A DNA stretch of 64,000 nucleotides. Origin: an uncultured Bacilli bacterium (lineage in GTDB: Bacteria; Bacillota_I; Bacilli_A; RF39; UBA660). The position numbers and the translations under genes are program-made. The notes below the pieces were generated by a model. It did no database searches and had not been told where the DNA came from. It was given only the letters and a program-made list of their open reading frames with translations. The stretch covers positions 5,062 through 69,061 of the forward strand of contig CALVIC010000002.1 of the NCBI GenBank assembly GCA_944329365.1. The letters run 5' to 3'. This document shows positions 28,663-38,449 of this stretch, piece after piece (the first letter of the stretch is position 1; each line of letters starts with the position of its first letter).

Positions 28663-29853
28663 ATTTATTTTATCATATCTCACCTTTAAATTAGCTTCAT
28701 ACTTACTAGTCATCTTTGGATTATAATAGCGCCGGCCCTTAAGTTCATCAGGTAAATATTGCTGTTTTACAAAACTACCCTTATAATTGTGTGGATATTT
28801 ATAATCCTTTGAATTTGTTGTAATATGTTTCGGAACTTTTCCTATATTTCCCATTTTTACATCACTTATAGCCGCATCTAGGGCAACATGTGCGCTATTA
28901 GACTTAGGAGATAAAGCCATATCGATAACTATCTCCCCAAGCGGAATTCTAGCCTCAGGAAGACCAGTTCTCTCAGCTGCTTTAATTGCCGCTTCAAGTC
29001 TAGGTCCAATCGCTGGATTAGCAAGGCCAATATCTTCATAAGCAATCACTGAAAGCCTTCTAAAAATAATATCCAAATCTTCAGCTACGATAAGTCTAGC
29101 CAAATAATGCAAAGAAGCGTTGACATCACTCCCTCTGATTGATTTCTGAAGTGCACTTATCACATCATAATAACCATCATCATTCTTATCAATATATAAA
29201 CTAGGCTTATTGCTTATCTTCTTCAAAACATCCAAATCGACATTGTAATCATCAGAAGCATAATAAGCAACCTCTAATAAATTATATCCGTATCTCATGT
29301 CACCGCCGGATAAAAAAGCAATATAATCCAAAGCCTCATCACTAATTTTTATTTTATCAAGCGTCGGCAATGCTTTTTTCAAAGCAAAAACAATATCCTC
29401 AGTGCTCAAAGGTTTTAACTCAAAAAGTTGACATCTACTTCTAATCGCTGGATTAATTGCGTGATAAGGATTAGACGTTGTTAAACCTATTAAAGTAATT
29501 AAACCATTTTCCAAATAGGGGAGAAGTAAATCCTGCTTGTCTTTATTAAGCCGATGAATCTCATCCATTATCAAAACAAGCCCACCTTTTTCCTTAGCCT
29601 TCAAAATAACCATATCAAAATCTTTTTTACTATTAATTACTGCATTTAAAAATTCACATTCTAAATTAAGTTCATTAATCAAAACATAAGCTAAAGTTGT
29701 TTTACCAGTTCCTGGAGGCCCATACAAAATCATTGAAAATATCTTTTTATGATTAACCAAATTATAAAGAACTGAACCCTTACCAACTAAATGCTTCTGT
29801 CCGGCAACCTCTTCTAACTTCGCCGGCCGCACCATATCTGCAAGTGGTCTCAT
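28648..29853 (-). CDS. rarA: replication-associated recombination protein A (MgsA/RarA AAA+ ATPase)
   Basis: Walker A GPPGTGKTT, Walker B LIMDEIHRLNK, sensor TTSNP, and the MgsA C-terminal domain ISALQKSIRGSDVNASLHYLARL. Start set at MRPLADMVRP. Confidence 0.92.
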   Translation of the reverse strand: MRPLADMVRPAKLEEVAGQKHLVGKGSVLYNLVNHKKIFSMILYGPPGTGKTTLAYVLINELNLECEFLNAVINSKKDFDMVILKAKEKGGLVLIMDEIHRLNKDKQDLLLPYLENGLITLIGLTTSNPYHAINPAIRSRCQLFELKPLSTEDIVFALKKALPTLDKIKISDEALDYIAFLSGGDMRYGYNLLEVAYYASDDYNVDLDVLKKISNKPSLYIDKNDDGYYDVISALQKSIRGSDVNASLHYLARLIVAEDLDIIFRRLSVIAYEDIGLANPAIGPRLEAAIKAAERTGLPEARIPLGEIVIDMALSPKSNSAHVALDAAISDVKMGNIGKVPKHITTNSKDYKYPHNYKGSFVKQQYLPDELKGRRYYNPKMTSKYEANLKVRYDKINKAME

Positions 29854-29937
29854 AAACATCACCACCAAATATTATAACATCAAATCAAGCTATAACAAAA
29901 CAAGAATCTGTGTTAAAATAAATATAAGGTGACCAAT

Positions 29938-30825
29938 ATGAAATCAGAAATAAACCAAACTCTTATAGACGAATTTGAAAGCTATCTAATGTTTGAAAAA
30001 AAATACAGTAAAAATACCATCTTATCATATAAAGAAGACCTAATTAAGTTAGACAAAGCCACAAAAAAAGACTTCACTAAATTAGAAAAAAAGGATATTC
30101 AAAAATACATTCAAAACAATCTTAAAAATTTAAATCCATCCAGTATATCCAGAACTATAAGCACTCTAAAAAGCTTTTACAAATACTTAAAAATAAATAA
30201 CCAGATAAAAATCAATCCTATGCAGGCCATTTCCAGCCCAAAAAAAGCTCAAAAATTACCCAAAGTTTTAAGTGAAGACGAAATAGAAAACCTACTAGAC
30301 ATCAATTTAAAAACCGATTATGATTTTCGCAATAAAGCCATGCTTGAACTTATGTACAGTAGTGGCCTAAGAGTAAGTGAACTCATAAACCTAACCTTAA
30401 ATGACGTCGACACCAAAAGTGCCCTTGTAAAAATATTCGGAAAAGGTTCCAAAGAAAGAATAATTCCCTTAACCGAATACGCCTGTGAAGCCTTAGATAA
30501 TTATATCTTATATCACCGGACAAACTTATTTAAACACGGTGAAAATAATTATCTATTTCTAAATAATCACGGTGAAAAAATGACAAGACAAGGATTTTTC
30601 AAAATACTCAAAAAACTTGCCCAAGAAAAAAAAATCAAAACCGATTTTTCACCACACACCTTAAGACATTCATTTGCCACACACCTTTTAAAACATGGAG
30701 CCGACCTCAGAAGCATTCAAGAACTCTTAGGTCATAGTGACATCTCTTCAACTCAGATATATACACATATTACAAACGAAAGGCTTCAAAATAATTATAA
30801 AGAATATCATCCTCATGGAAAGTAG
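29938..30825 (+). CDS. xerD: tyrosine site-specific recombinase XerD/XerC type
   Basis: Catalytic residues in context: SGLRVSEL (R), HTLRHSFATHLL (HxxR), LLGHSDISSTQIYTH (H, Y). N-terminal SAM-like domain. The XerD versus XerC assignment is not certain. Confidence 0.8.
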   Translation: MKSEINQTLIDEFESYLMFEKKYSKNTILSYKEDLIKLDKATKKDFTKLEKKDIQKYIQNNLKNLNPSSISRTISTLKSFYKYLKINNQIKINPMQAISSPKKAQKLPKVLSEDEIENLLDINLKTDYDFRNKAMLELMYSSGLRVSELINLTLNDVDTKSALVKIFGKGSKERIIPLTEYACEALDNYILYHRTNLFKHGENNYLFLNNHGEKMTRQGFFKILKKLAQEKKIKTDFSPHTLRHSFATHLLKHGADLRSIQELLGHSDISSTQIYTHITNERLQNNYKEYHPHGK

Positions 30826-30834
30826 GGAAGAATA

Positions 30835-31539
30835 ATGGATTTTCAAAACATAAAATGGAACAAACAAACTTATCAAAAATTTATTAAATATTTAAAAACG
30901 ATATCGGAAAAAAATTATCAAAAATTTCATCAAAAACTACTCAAAAACGAAAAAATTAAAGTTTTAGGAATCAGAACACCCAAATTAAAAGAAATAGCAC
31001 ATCAAATAAGTAAAACCGATTATTTAAAATTTATAAAATATAATACTCACACCTATTACGAAGAAAACATTATCCACGGTCTATTACTCGGATTCATCAA
31101 AGATGATAACATTCTAAACCTAATAGATGACTTCATACCCTATATCGATGACTGGGCCACTTGTGATATAACATGTGCCAATCTAAAAATATTCAAAAAA
31201 CTAAATATCAATCAAACTAAAAAATACCTTAAAAGCTCTAATCCTTGGGAAATAAGATTTGGATTAGTTATTCTTTTAGACCATTATATAGAAAAAGAAA
31301 ACATAAACTATATCTTTATCACTTGTAACATCGTTAAAAACGACCACTATTACGTCAAAATGGCCATTGCCTGGTTACTTTCCATTTGCTACATAAAATA
31401 CCCGGAAATCACCTTAAAATACCTAAAAAGCGGTGATTTAGATAACTTTACATACAACAAGACAATTAGTAAAATATGTGAATCACTGAGAGTGTCAAAA
31501 GAAACTAAAGAAAAATTAAAGAAACTTAAACGTAAATAA
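30835..31539 (+). CDS. DNA alkylation repair protein (AlkD/AlkC-like HEAT-repeat family)
   Basis: 234 aa with the family-typical DDWATCD and WEIRFGLV motifs. Confidence 0.75.
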   Translation: MDFQNIKWNKQTYQKFIKYLKTISEKNYQKFHQKLLKNEKIKVLGIRTPKLKEIAHQISKTDYLKFIKYNTHTYYEENIIHGLLLGFIKDDNILNLIDDFIPYIDDWATCDITCANLKIFKKLNINQTKKYLKSSNPWEIRFGLVILLDHYIEKENINYIFITCNIVKNDHYYVKMAIAWLLSICYIKYPEITLKYLKSGDLDNFTYNKTISKICESLRVSKETKEKLKKLKRK

Positions 31540-31550
31540 GTTTCTTTTTT
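31521..31550 (+). terminator. rho-independent terminator overlapping the CDS end
   Basis: gaaactta-aacgtaaa-taagtttc followed by T6. Confidence 0.6.
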
Positions 31551-31598
31551 ACATAAAAAATCCCTATTTTAATATATTTTAAAGTAGGGGAGAGGTCT

Positions 31599-32354
31599 AT
31601 GAACAATATAGCTATCAGTTTTATTTTAACCTTAATTGCTGGTTTATCGACGCTAATAGGCACAATATTTATCTTTATCAAATGTGATCAAGACAAATTA
31701 ACCAAATACGCCCTTAGTTTCGCCTCAGGAGTCATGATATGTGTTTCTTTAATTGATTTACTTCCAGAAAGTATCTCACTTTTAATAAATGAAAACAGTA
31801 AAAATAATACCTTTATCAATCTTTTTCTCTATATCGTCGTTGGATTTTTAATTCCAACAACTATAAACATATGCCTCAAAGAAGAAAAAAACACCTATAA
31901 TCCTAAATTATATAAAATAGGAATTTTATCGATGATTGCCATCATAATTCACAACATTCCGGAAGGTATTGCCACCTTTTTATCCTCAAGTACTAATCTA
32001 TCACTGGGAATATCGATAACTATCGCTATAGCGCTGCATAATATCCCAGAAGGTATAAGTATATCCGTTCCAATCTATAATGCAACCAAAAATAAAAAGA
32101 AGGCCATATTGTTGACCCTTATATCTGGCATGTCTGAACCATTGGGTGCAATCATCGCATACATTATAATTGGGCCCGTAACCAACAATATAATCATGGG
32201 AAATATTTTAGCTGTTGTTGTTGGAATAATGGTTAATATATCTGTTATTCAATTACTTCCAGAATCACTAAAATATCAAAATAAAAAGAAAACTATTGTC
32301 TTCTTTCTTATAGGAATTATCTTTATGTATATAAGTCTAGCATTAATGAGATAA
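31599..32354 (+). CDS. zupT: ZIP-family zinc transporter ZupT
   Basis: 8 TM with duplicated HNIPEGIA / HNIPEGIS metal-binding motifs. 251 aa. Confidence 0.88.
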   Translation: MNNIAISFILTLIAGLSTLIGTIFIFIKCDQDKLTKYALSFASGVMICVSLIDLLPESISLLINENSKNNTFINLFLYIVVGFLIPTTINICLKEEKNTYNPKLYKIGILSMIAIIIHNIPEGIATFLSSSTNLSLGISITIAIALHNIPEGISISVPIYNATKNKKKAILLTLISGMSEPLGAIIAYIIIGPVTNNIIMGNILAVVVGIMVNISVIQLLPESLKYQNKKKTIVFFLIGIIFMYISLALMR

Positions 32355-32417
32355 AACTCTATTTCGAATTTTCTTGCATTTGCAAATTTTTTCATAATAG
32401 AAATGTAAAACATATTA

Positions 32418-32936
32418 TTAAATAGGGGAGTTACTGTTTAAAATAGGTAATATCTCCTCTTTTATTCTATTTTGAACATAATTCTTTTCGTTAGAATATT
32501 TCGTATAAAATGTAATTAATTTAATACCCGCTTTATCACATATTTTTTTCACTTTCACATCTCGTTGTTTTCTTTTATAATCGTTATGACTATCATCATT
32601 TAACTCAATAAGTAGTAATACTTTACTATAATCAGCAGAGAATATTCCATAATCGACATTTCTAAATAATTCATTATGAAATCCACTGTCAGAAACCTTT
32701 TCAATAATCGAAGCTAAATTAACCTGAGGTACAATATTTACATGTAATTCATCTTCTAAATCGATAAATTTAGTTAAAAAATTATATTCTTTATTAGATA
32801 AAAATTTCTTAGGAATATAAGTAGTAGTATCTGAATAGTTATCTGTATCAGAATTATCATCAGATCCGCCAAAAACACGAATAATTGCCGCAAAAACAAA
32901 AATCATAAGAATAATTAATCCTAATATGTATATCAT
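32418..32936 (-). CDS. membrane-anchored DUF2726-like (restriction-endonuclease-fold) protein
   Basis: N-terminal TM MIYILGLIILMIFVFAAII and an acidic Ser/Asp linker. The core SNKEYNFLTKF...VDYGIF...LIELNDDSH...RDVKVKKICDKAGIKLI follows the DUF2726 / PD-(D/E)xK pattern from memory. ATG32936 has a GAGGGG Shine-Dalgarno. Confidence 0.6.
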   Translation of the reverse strand: MIYILGLIILMIFVFAAIIRVFGGSDDNSDTDNYSDTTTYIPKKFLSNKEYNFLTKFIDLEDELHVNIVPQVNLASIIEKVSDSGFHNELFRNVDYGIFSADYSKVLLLIELNDDSHNDYKRKQRDVKVKKICDKAGIKLITFYTKYSNEKNYVQNRIKEEILPILNSNSPI

Positions 32937-33046
32937 AAAACACCCCTCATTATTTTTAAATAAAAGAGTAGTACAACTAATTTTATCAATACTACTCAAA
33001 ACAATTTTATATACAAGTTAACATAATATATATTATCGGATTTTTA

Positions 33047-33826
33047 TTAGGAACGTTTTCTAGCTTGAATTTCATCTATTTTATATAATATTTCTGCAAC
33101 ATTTTCATCATTTACTTCAGTATAACCAAGCTCTTTCATTGCTTGAACCTTAGCTGAATTTATTTCCAAAGTTCTACTCATTTTATCTTCAAGTTTCTTC
33201 TCGATTTGCGCAACAAAACGTTTATGAGTCTCAGCAATTCTTGATTTACTTGCATTACCGCCATGATATAGATTTAATGCAGAAAATAAAATACTTTCGA
33301 ATATAAATTGTTCAGTTTCGTCAAACGCGAATTCATAAGGTTTAATATAACCGCCAACCTTAGAAAAATAAGCTAAAATGTATTTTAATTCTTTTGTACT
33401 ACCCATCATCTTAATATAATTAGATAAATATAAAATAGAATTATATCCATCTTCGTCTTTATCATCACTTAAACGTTCTTTTAAATCATCTATAATTGAA
33501 TGTAATAAATCTTTACGTTTTTCATCTAAACCACTAAAAATAATATTTCCTTCGTTAACTTCGCTTTTATTACCATTTTCAAATAAACTGTTAATTCTTG
33601 TTTCAACATCCATTATATAGTCTGTATCAACCTTAATTTTATTTATATCATCAGCTGATTTAACGCCCAAAATATTAAGTAAAATTACTTTTTTATCTTT
33701 TGGCCATTTATTAATATCATCAAGCTCCAAATAATTATAAATCATCTGTCTAGAAACGCCTAAACATTTAGCAAGTTTTACTTTAGAAATACCAAGTTCT
33801 CTTAAAATGTCATTTAATCTTTCCAT
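33047..33826 (-). CDS. XRE-family helix-turn-helix transcriptional regulator with about 190-aa uncharacterised C-terminal domain
   Basis: N-terminal HTH LGISKVKLAKCLGVSRQMIYNYLE. AGGAGGG Shine-Dalgarno. Confidence 0.8.
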   Translation of the reverse strand: MERLNDILRELGISKVKLAKCLGVSRQMIYNYLELDDINKWPKDKKVILLNILGVKSADDINKIKVDTDYIMDVETRINSLFENGNKSEVNEGNIIFSGLDEKRKDLLHSIIDDLKERLSDDKDEDGYNSILYLSNYIKMMGSTKELKYILAYFSKVGGYIKPYEFAFDETEQFIFESILFSALNLYHGGNASKSRIAETHKRFVAQIEKKLEDKMSRTLEINSAKVQAMKELGYTEVNDENVAEILYKIDEIQARKRS

Positions 33827-33849
33827 TTTCGTAACCCTCCTACTATTAC

Positions 33850-33878
33850 ATTTTAACCATTTTACATATACTTGTCAA
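33850..33878 (-). promoter_or_regulatory. sigma-A promoter of the XRE gene (TTGACA, 17-nt spacer, TAAAAT) overlapped by operator-like repeats
   Basis: Read on the minus strand: ttgaca at 33878-33873, a 17-nt spacer, then taaaat at 33855-33850. CATTTTA/TAAAATG repeats lie at 33849-55, 33858-64 and 33880-86. Confidence 0.6.
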
Positions 33879-33891
33879 GTAAAATGTAAAG

Positions 33892-33918
33892 AAAAAGTAG
33901 GGCACTACTCCCCTACTT
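33892..33918 (-). terminator. rho-independent terminator after the decayed acyltransferase
   Basis: Minus-strand aagtaggg-gagtagtg-ccctactt followed by tttt. Confidence 0.6.
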
Positions 33919-33953
33919 ATTTTAATCACTTCATATAAATATTTATTAACATA

Positions 33954-34555
33954 TTACAAAAAATTACGTATAAACTTTATTTTTCTCAAAACAAAAGTTA
34001 TTATACCCGCACATAGAAAAGTTAAAATTTCTAAAACGATGATTCCTATATATGGACAAAAGTCAAACATTACTTGAACAAAACCTAAATTATACAGTTT
34101 ATAATTAATAAAAGAATGAAATAAATAAATTCCAAAAGTTAATGAACTAATAGTTGAAATAATATATTTTGTTTTACTTTTAAATTTATGTTTTTCAAAA
34201 TAATATCTCACCAAATAGAATAAAGATAATGAAAGAGTAACAGTAGTTATATAATTAACAGTATCAAGCTTATATGATATTTCTGATGACTTAAAATAAG
34301 GAATAATCATAGAAGAAGCAAAGATAAGCAGAAAAATCAAACAAAATATAATTGCTAAATTTCTATAATGCTGTTGTAAAATTAGAATTAAAAGATAATG
34401 GTAAGTACGAAGATATAACAGGCAATATTGAAGGTACAACTACTTGTACCACTATATTGCAATAAATAACTTCCAGTATGATTAACAATAACTAAAAAAC
34501 AAGCAAATATTTTTAACAAATCGATCCAGTAATAACGTTTTTTCTCTTTCACCAT
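33954..34555 (-). pseudogene. acyltransferase-3 (AT3) family gene, frameshifted and internally shortened
   Basis: ATG34555 opens MVKEKKRYYWIDLLKIFACFLVIVNHTGS... (AT3 N-terminal signature) and stops at 34388. A second frame (track ORF 33954..34439) carries the AT3 C-terminal part (SSLTFGIYLFHSFI). The two parts total about 200 aa, against 350-380 aa for the intact paralogues in this window. Confidence 0.55.
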
Positions 34556-34574
34556 ATAAAACCCCTACTCTAAT

Positions 34575-36125
34575 TTACTCCTTACAATTTTTAAATGTAT
34601 CTTGAACTAAAATATCATCATAAAAAGTCGAATTATCGTGTAACTTCTCATCTAACACATCTGCCCCATATTTTTCAGTTAATGTTTTTTTGTTAGAAAA
34701 TAAATTAGTTCCAAGCCCAAGTCTATTGCCTTCTATCTTAAATCCCAAAGCTGATAATGTGGTTGGATAATAATCAAAAGAATTAAATTTCCTATTTTTT
34801 GACCGTTCAGTACTTTTGTCCGTATTTAAATAAACATTAAAAACATATCGTTCATTGTCATAATCAAACATATCTGTAATATTACTTTGCATCGTTAAAT
34901 GATCACCAGTAATTACAACAACTGTATCTTTATAAAAATCTTGTTTTTGAATCCATGAAACAAAATCACCAAGCATAGAATCCATACAATGATAAGCGTT
35001 TAAATAATGTTCATCATATGGCGTATCACAAGATTTATCAACATATCCATCAACAAAATGTGTATCTGCTGTAAGCATTGTAAAATTAAATAGCTCGCCA
35101 CTTTTTGATATTTCTTCTAGTTTTTCTTTTGCAAAATCATAAAGCTTGCTATCCTCATAACCCCACCAAGTATAATAATCTTTGTCTATCCATCCTTCTT
35201 CCTTAGCATATTTATAATCATATATTGTATAATTTCCATGCTCACTAAAATAAACATCCCGACCTGCAAAAGCAGAATCAGACCCAAGCATAAAATAATT
35301 ATTATACCCATTTTCATTTAAAACATCGCCAATACTATATACACCCGGTAAAAACTCATTATAAACAAGACAATTATTTGCAATATAATTACTACTTAAA
35401 GAAAACTTTAATGGAATACCAGAAGTAGAACCGACAAGTCCACCCATCGTCCAAGAAGTACCATACGACATATTAGACCCACCAAGTTTCTTAGACTCGC
35501 TAAAATTAATATTATTATTAGCTAATTTTTCTAAATTAGGTATAATAGATTTATTAAAATTACCACCATTATTGTACGATAACAAAGAAGTTTCCAAAGA
35601 CTCTACATAAATATATATTAAATTTTTCTTATGTTCTGGAGATTCAATCGAAACACTTCTTGCATCAACATAATTATCTCTAATAAAATTGCTTTTTTTA
35701 GTATTTAAATATGTATCAATTCCAAGAGTATAATAAGCATAAACTACAGTTATTAAAGCAAATATCAAAACCGCAATAAACTTTATAATAAAATGCACGG
35801 GAAATAATCTAAATTTAATCCTTTTATTTTTAAAAGAAATATTAATATATGTTTTTTTATCTTTAAGAATATTTTTATAAACTAAAAACATAATAAATAA
35901 AATTAAATCAACTAAAAACAATCGTAAAACAACATAAATAAAACCATCAACAATCACACTTGTACTAGTGCCTTCAGAAGTAACAAGTGTAAAAAGTAAT
36001 TGTTCAAAAGAAACACCGGAAAATTCTTGACTTTCATAAATAGTTAGAAATAATAAAATAAAAATAACATTTATAAATAATATCAAAAATATATTACTTA
36101 CTTTTCTTAATTTTCTTTTTGACAT
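34575..36125 (-). CDS. LTA synthase / OpgB-like phosphoglycerol transferase family protein (alkaline-phosphatase superfamily)
   Basis: 3 N-terminal TM segments, then the sulfatase-type domain YIYVESLE, SYGTSWTMGGLVGSTSGIPL (resembles OpgB GGTGWTIAGM, from memory) and VVITGDHL. Confidence 0.75.
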   Translation of the reverse strand: MSKRKLRKVSNIFLILFINVIFILLFLTIYESQEFSGVSFEQLLFTLVTSEGTSTSVIVDGFIYVVLRLFLVDLILFIMFLVYKNILKDKKTYINISFKNKRIKFRLFPVHFIIKFIAVLIFALITVVYAYYTLGIDTYLNTKKSNFIRDNYVDARSVSIESPEHKKNLIYIYVESLETSLLSYNNGGNFNKSIIPNLEKLANNNINFSESKKLGGSNMSYGTSWTMGGLVGSTSGIPLKFSLSSNYIANNCLVYNEFLPGVYSIGDVLNENGYNNYFMLGSDSAFAGRDVYFSEHGNYTIYDYKYAKEEGWIDKDYYTWWGYEDSKLYDFAKEKLEEISKSGELFNFTMLTADTHFVDGYVDKSCDTPYDEHYLNAYHCMDSMLGDFVSWIQKQDFYKDTVVVITGDHLTMQSNITDMFDYDNERYVFNVYLNTDKSTERSKNRKFNSFDYYPTTLSALGFKIEGNRLGLGTNLFSNKKTLTEKYGADVLDEKLHDNSTFYDDILVQDTFKNCKE

Positions 36126-36459
36126 CTTTTTTTACCTTATCAAGAACATTTTTTTCGGCAGAAATATTGAACGAAACATTCTTAATTATTATCTCAACTA
36201 ACAAAGCCAATATAATATTTACTAAAGTATTAAAACCCGCAAATTTTGCAAAAACAAAAGAATCGTTGCACATTTCATTAAACAAATTGCTGTCAGTACC
36301 AAAAATACTAACTCCAAGCGAAACTGAAATCATCCATGAAAGACCAAGAAAAATCAAATAGTAATATATTGTGTTTTTTAAAGATAAACCCTTTCTTAAG
36401 TAATCAAACAACTTAATTCCAATCACACTTGGAATAAAAACTGCAATCACGCCAAACAT
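36094..36459 (-). CDS. small integral membrane protein (3 TM, Lys-rich tail)
   Basis: 121-aa ORF overlapping the next gene's start by 32 nt. No family recognised. Confidence 0.45.
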   Translation of the reverse strand: MFGVIAVFIPSVIGIKLFDYLRKGLSLKNTIYYYLIFLGLSWMISVSLGVSIFGTDSNLFNEMCNDSFVFAKFAGFNTLVNIILALLVEIIIKNVSFNISAEKNVLDKVKKDVKKKIKKSK

Positions 36460-36485
36460 CTAACATCAAACCTCCTAAAATTAAA

Positions 36486-37562
36486 TTACAAAACTTCCTT
36501 TATAATTCCTCCGCCCAGACATTCATCGTCTTTGTAAAATACACATGCCTGTCCTGGAGTTACAGCTCTTACGCCTTCGGGATATTTAACAAGTAAATTC
36601 CCATCATCAAGCTTGGTAACAAAAACCTTATTATCTTTTTGTCTATATCTAAATTTCGCATTACACTCGTAAGGCAAATCATCAAGTAAATTAACGTCTT
36701 CGATTATCGCCGAATAACTTATCAAATATTTACTTTCATCACCAGAAGCAACATATAAAACATTTTTATTTAAATCCTTCTTAACGACAAATAGTCTGTC
36801 CTTAGTACCACCAATGTTAAGACCTCTTCTTTGACCTATAGTATAATACATCAATCCAACATGTCTACCTAAGACTTTTCCTGCTTCAATATCGACTATA
36901 TCACCAGGATTATTTGGTAAATAATTCTCCAAAAAATGTTTAAAATTGCGTTCACCAATAAAACAAATACCTGTTGAATCTTTTTTATCAGCCGTAATCA
37001 AATCATATTCGTGAGCAATCTTTCGAACTTCGCTCTTTTCAAGCTCCCCTACTGGGAATAAAACGTTTTTCAGCTGTTCTTTAGAAACTTGTGATAAAAA
37101 ATAAGTTTGATCTTTATTTAGATCTTTTCCCTTATAAAGTTTATCATCAATCATTCTTGCATAATGACCAGTCGCAATATAATCGGCTCCAAGTTCCCGT
37201 GCTTTTTTAGCAAACATATCAAATTTAATGTACTTATTACACATAACATCTGGATTTGGAGTTCTTCCTTTTTTTAACTCATCTAAAAAATAAGTAAATA
37301 CGTAATCCCAATATTCTTTTACAAAATCAATACGGTGTAAAGGAATACCGATTTTTTCACAAACCTTAACCGCATCATTATAATCCTCTTCCTGAGGACA
37401 AATATTATTATTTAAATTAGGATTACCCAAAAAATCATTGTTTAAAGTACTATCCCAATTTCTCATAAATAAACCTATAACATTATATCCTTGTTTTTTA
37501 AGTAAAATAGCAGCCACACTACTATCAACTCCACCACTTATTCCAACAACAACAGTTTTCAT
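36486..37562 (-). CDS. mnmA: tRNA 2-thiouridine(34) synthase
   Basis: PP-loop [17 protein letters not shown] and TGHYAR motifs. Start set at MKTVVVG, which removes the overlap with spoIIM. Confidence 0.93.
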   Translation of the reverse strand: MKTVVVGISGGVDSSVAAILLKKQGYNVIGLFMRNWDSTLNNDFLGNPNLNNNICPQEEDYNDAVKVCEKIGIPLHRIDFVKEYWDYVFTYFLDELKKGRTPNPDVMCNKYIKFDMFAKKARELGADYIATGHYARMIDDKLYKGKDLNKDQTYFLSQVSKEQLKNVLFPVGELEKSEVRKIAHEYDLITADKKDSTGICFIGERNFKHFLENYLPNNPGDIVDIEAGKVLGRHVGLMYYTIGQRRGLNIGGTKDRLFVVKKDLNKNVLYVASGDESKYLISYSAIIEDVNLLDDLPYECNAKFRYRQKDNKVFVTKLDDGNLLVKYPEGVRAVTPGQACVFYKDDECLGGGIIKEVL

Positions 37563-37618
37563 AGGCAGTCCCTCATTTCTAACATATATTATAACAGAAA
37601 AAAGTGACTTTTCAGCCA

Positions 37619-38248
37619 CTAATTTACTAATTGAACTAAAAACTTCATCAAAATAGGCATACAATATACCTCATATAAACTGGTTAAAGTTAAAACAATT
37701 AAAGAAAAGCCCAAAACAAAACTATACCTATTTATAACATTTTTAAAATCAAGCTCTTTCTTTCCTGTAAAAGCCCTAATTATTCTAAATGAAACACATA
37801 AAGCATACGCACTGAGTAATATATAAATAAGCAAATTCACGATATGATGAGGAAATACATAACCAAGTGAAAATAATATCCCTTTTGCTTTAAAATTAAT
37901 AATTAAACTTCCAATTGAAAAGCCGACGATAAATGATTTTATAAAAAGTAAAACAATAATAAAAACAAAACCAATAACCGAAATTCCAAGAACCCATAAA
38001 ACAAGTGAAAAACCCAAAGTAAATATAAGCGTATTCACAAATGAAACATTATACTCCAAATTATCATTAAGCGAATTGTTAAAAAAATCATTTAAATAAT
38101 CTGTCACAAGTTGCTTGTCCTCAGTCCCTAAAACCGATGAGAAAAAAGCCCCAGCTGTAACTCCAACAATAACCATAACAACTAAAAAAACAAATAAATT
38201 TTTATTGACATGTAACCTAGTACGTAAATTATTAAGTATTTTCTTCAT
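37619..38248 (-). CDS. spoIIM: stage II sporulation protein M
   Basis: 209 aa, 5 [29 protein letters not shown] aligns with B. subtilis SpoIIM LGISIIGLPVILFMLFLKGVVVGFTVG (from memory), and the C-terminus YCMPILMKF resembles YLSPVLMKW. Confidence 0.85.
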   Translation of the reverse strand: MKKILNNLRTRLHVNKNLFVFLVVMVIVGVTAGAFFSSVLGTEDKQLVTDYLNDFFNNSLNDNLEYNVSFVNTLIFTLGFSLVLWVLGISVIGFVFIIVLLFIKSFIVGFSIGSLIINFKAKGILFSLGYVFPHHIVNLLIYILLSAYALCVSFRIIRAFTGKKELDFKNVINRYSFVLGFSLIVLTLTSLYEVYCMPILMKFLVQLVN

Positions 38249-38338
38249 ATCTTATCCCTCTATCAAATTATATTGATATCATCTAAAAATATTCCAAAAA
38301 AATCAAAAATGTAGTAAAATTAAAAATGAGGTGAAAGT

Positions 38339-38431
38339 ATGAATAGTAAAGTACAAAAAATAATAGTCTGGATAATGCTTATTGCCATAATCGCATTTTT
38401 TATTGTTTCATTATTTGTTACGCCATATTAA
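38339..38431 (+). CDS. possible 30-aa single-TM peptide; absent from the ORF track
   Basis: GAGGTGA Shine-Dalgarno 5 nt before ATG38339. Sequence MNSKVQKIIVWIMLIAIIAFFIVSLFVTPY*, followed by the hairpin agaaac-ctaa-gtttct. Confidence 0.4.
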   Translation: MNSKVQKIIVWIMLIAIIAFFIVSLFVTPY

Positions 38432-38449
38432 AAAAAGAAACCTAAGTTT

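Noticed and set aside
36094-36125. Possibility that the 121-aa membrane ORF and the 516-aa LtaS/OpgB-like ORF are one frameshifted gene (121+516 aa approaches full-length LtaS).
   Set aside because: The 516-aa ORF has its own AAGGT Shine-Dalgarno, its own Met-Lys-rich N-terminus and three TM segments. The overlap contains only short A4-A5 runs. Two translationally coupled genes is the simpler reading, though a split gene cannot be fully excluded without homologues.
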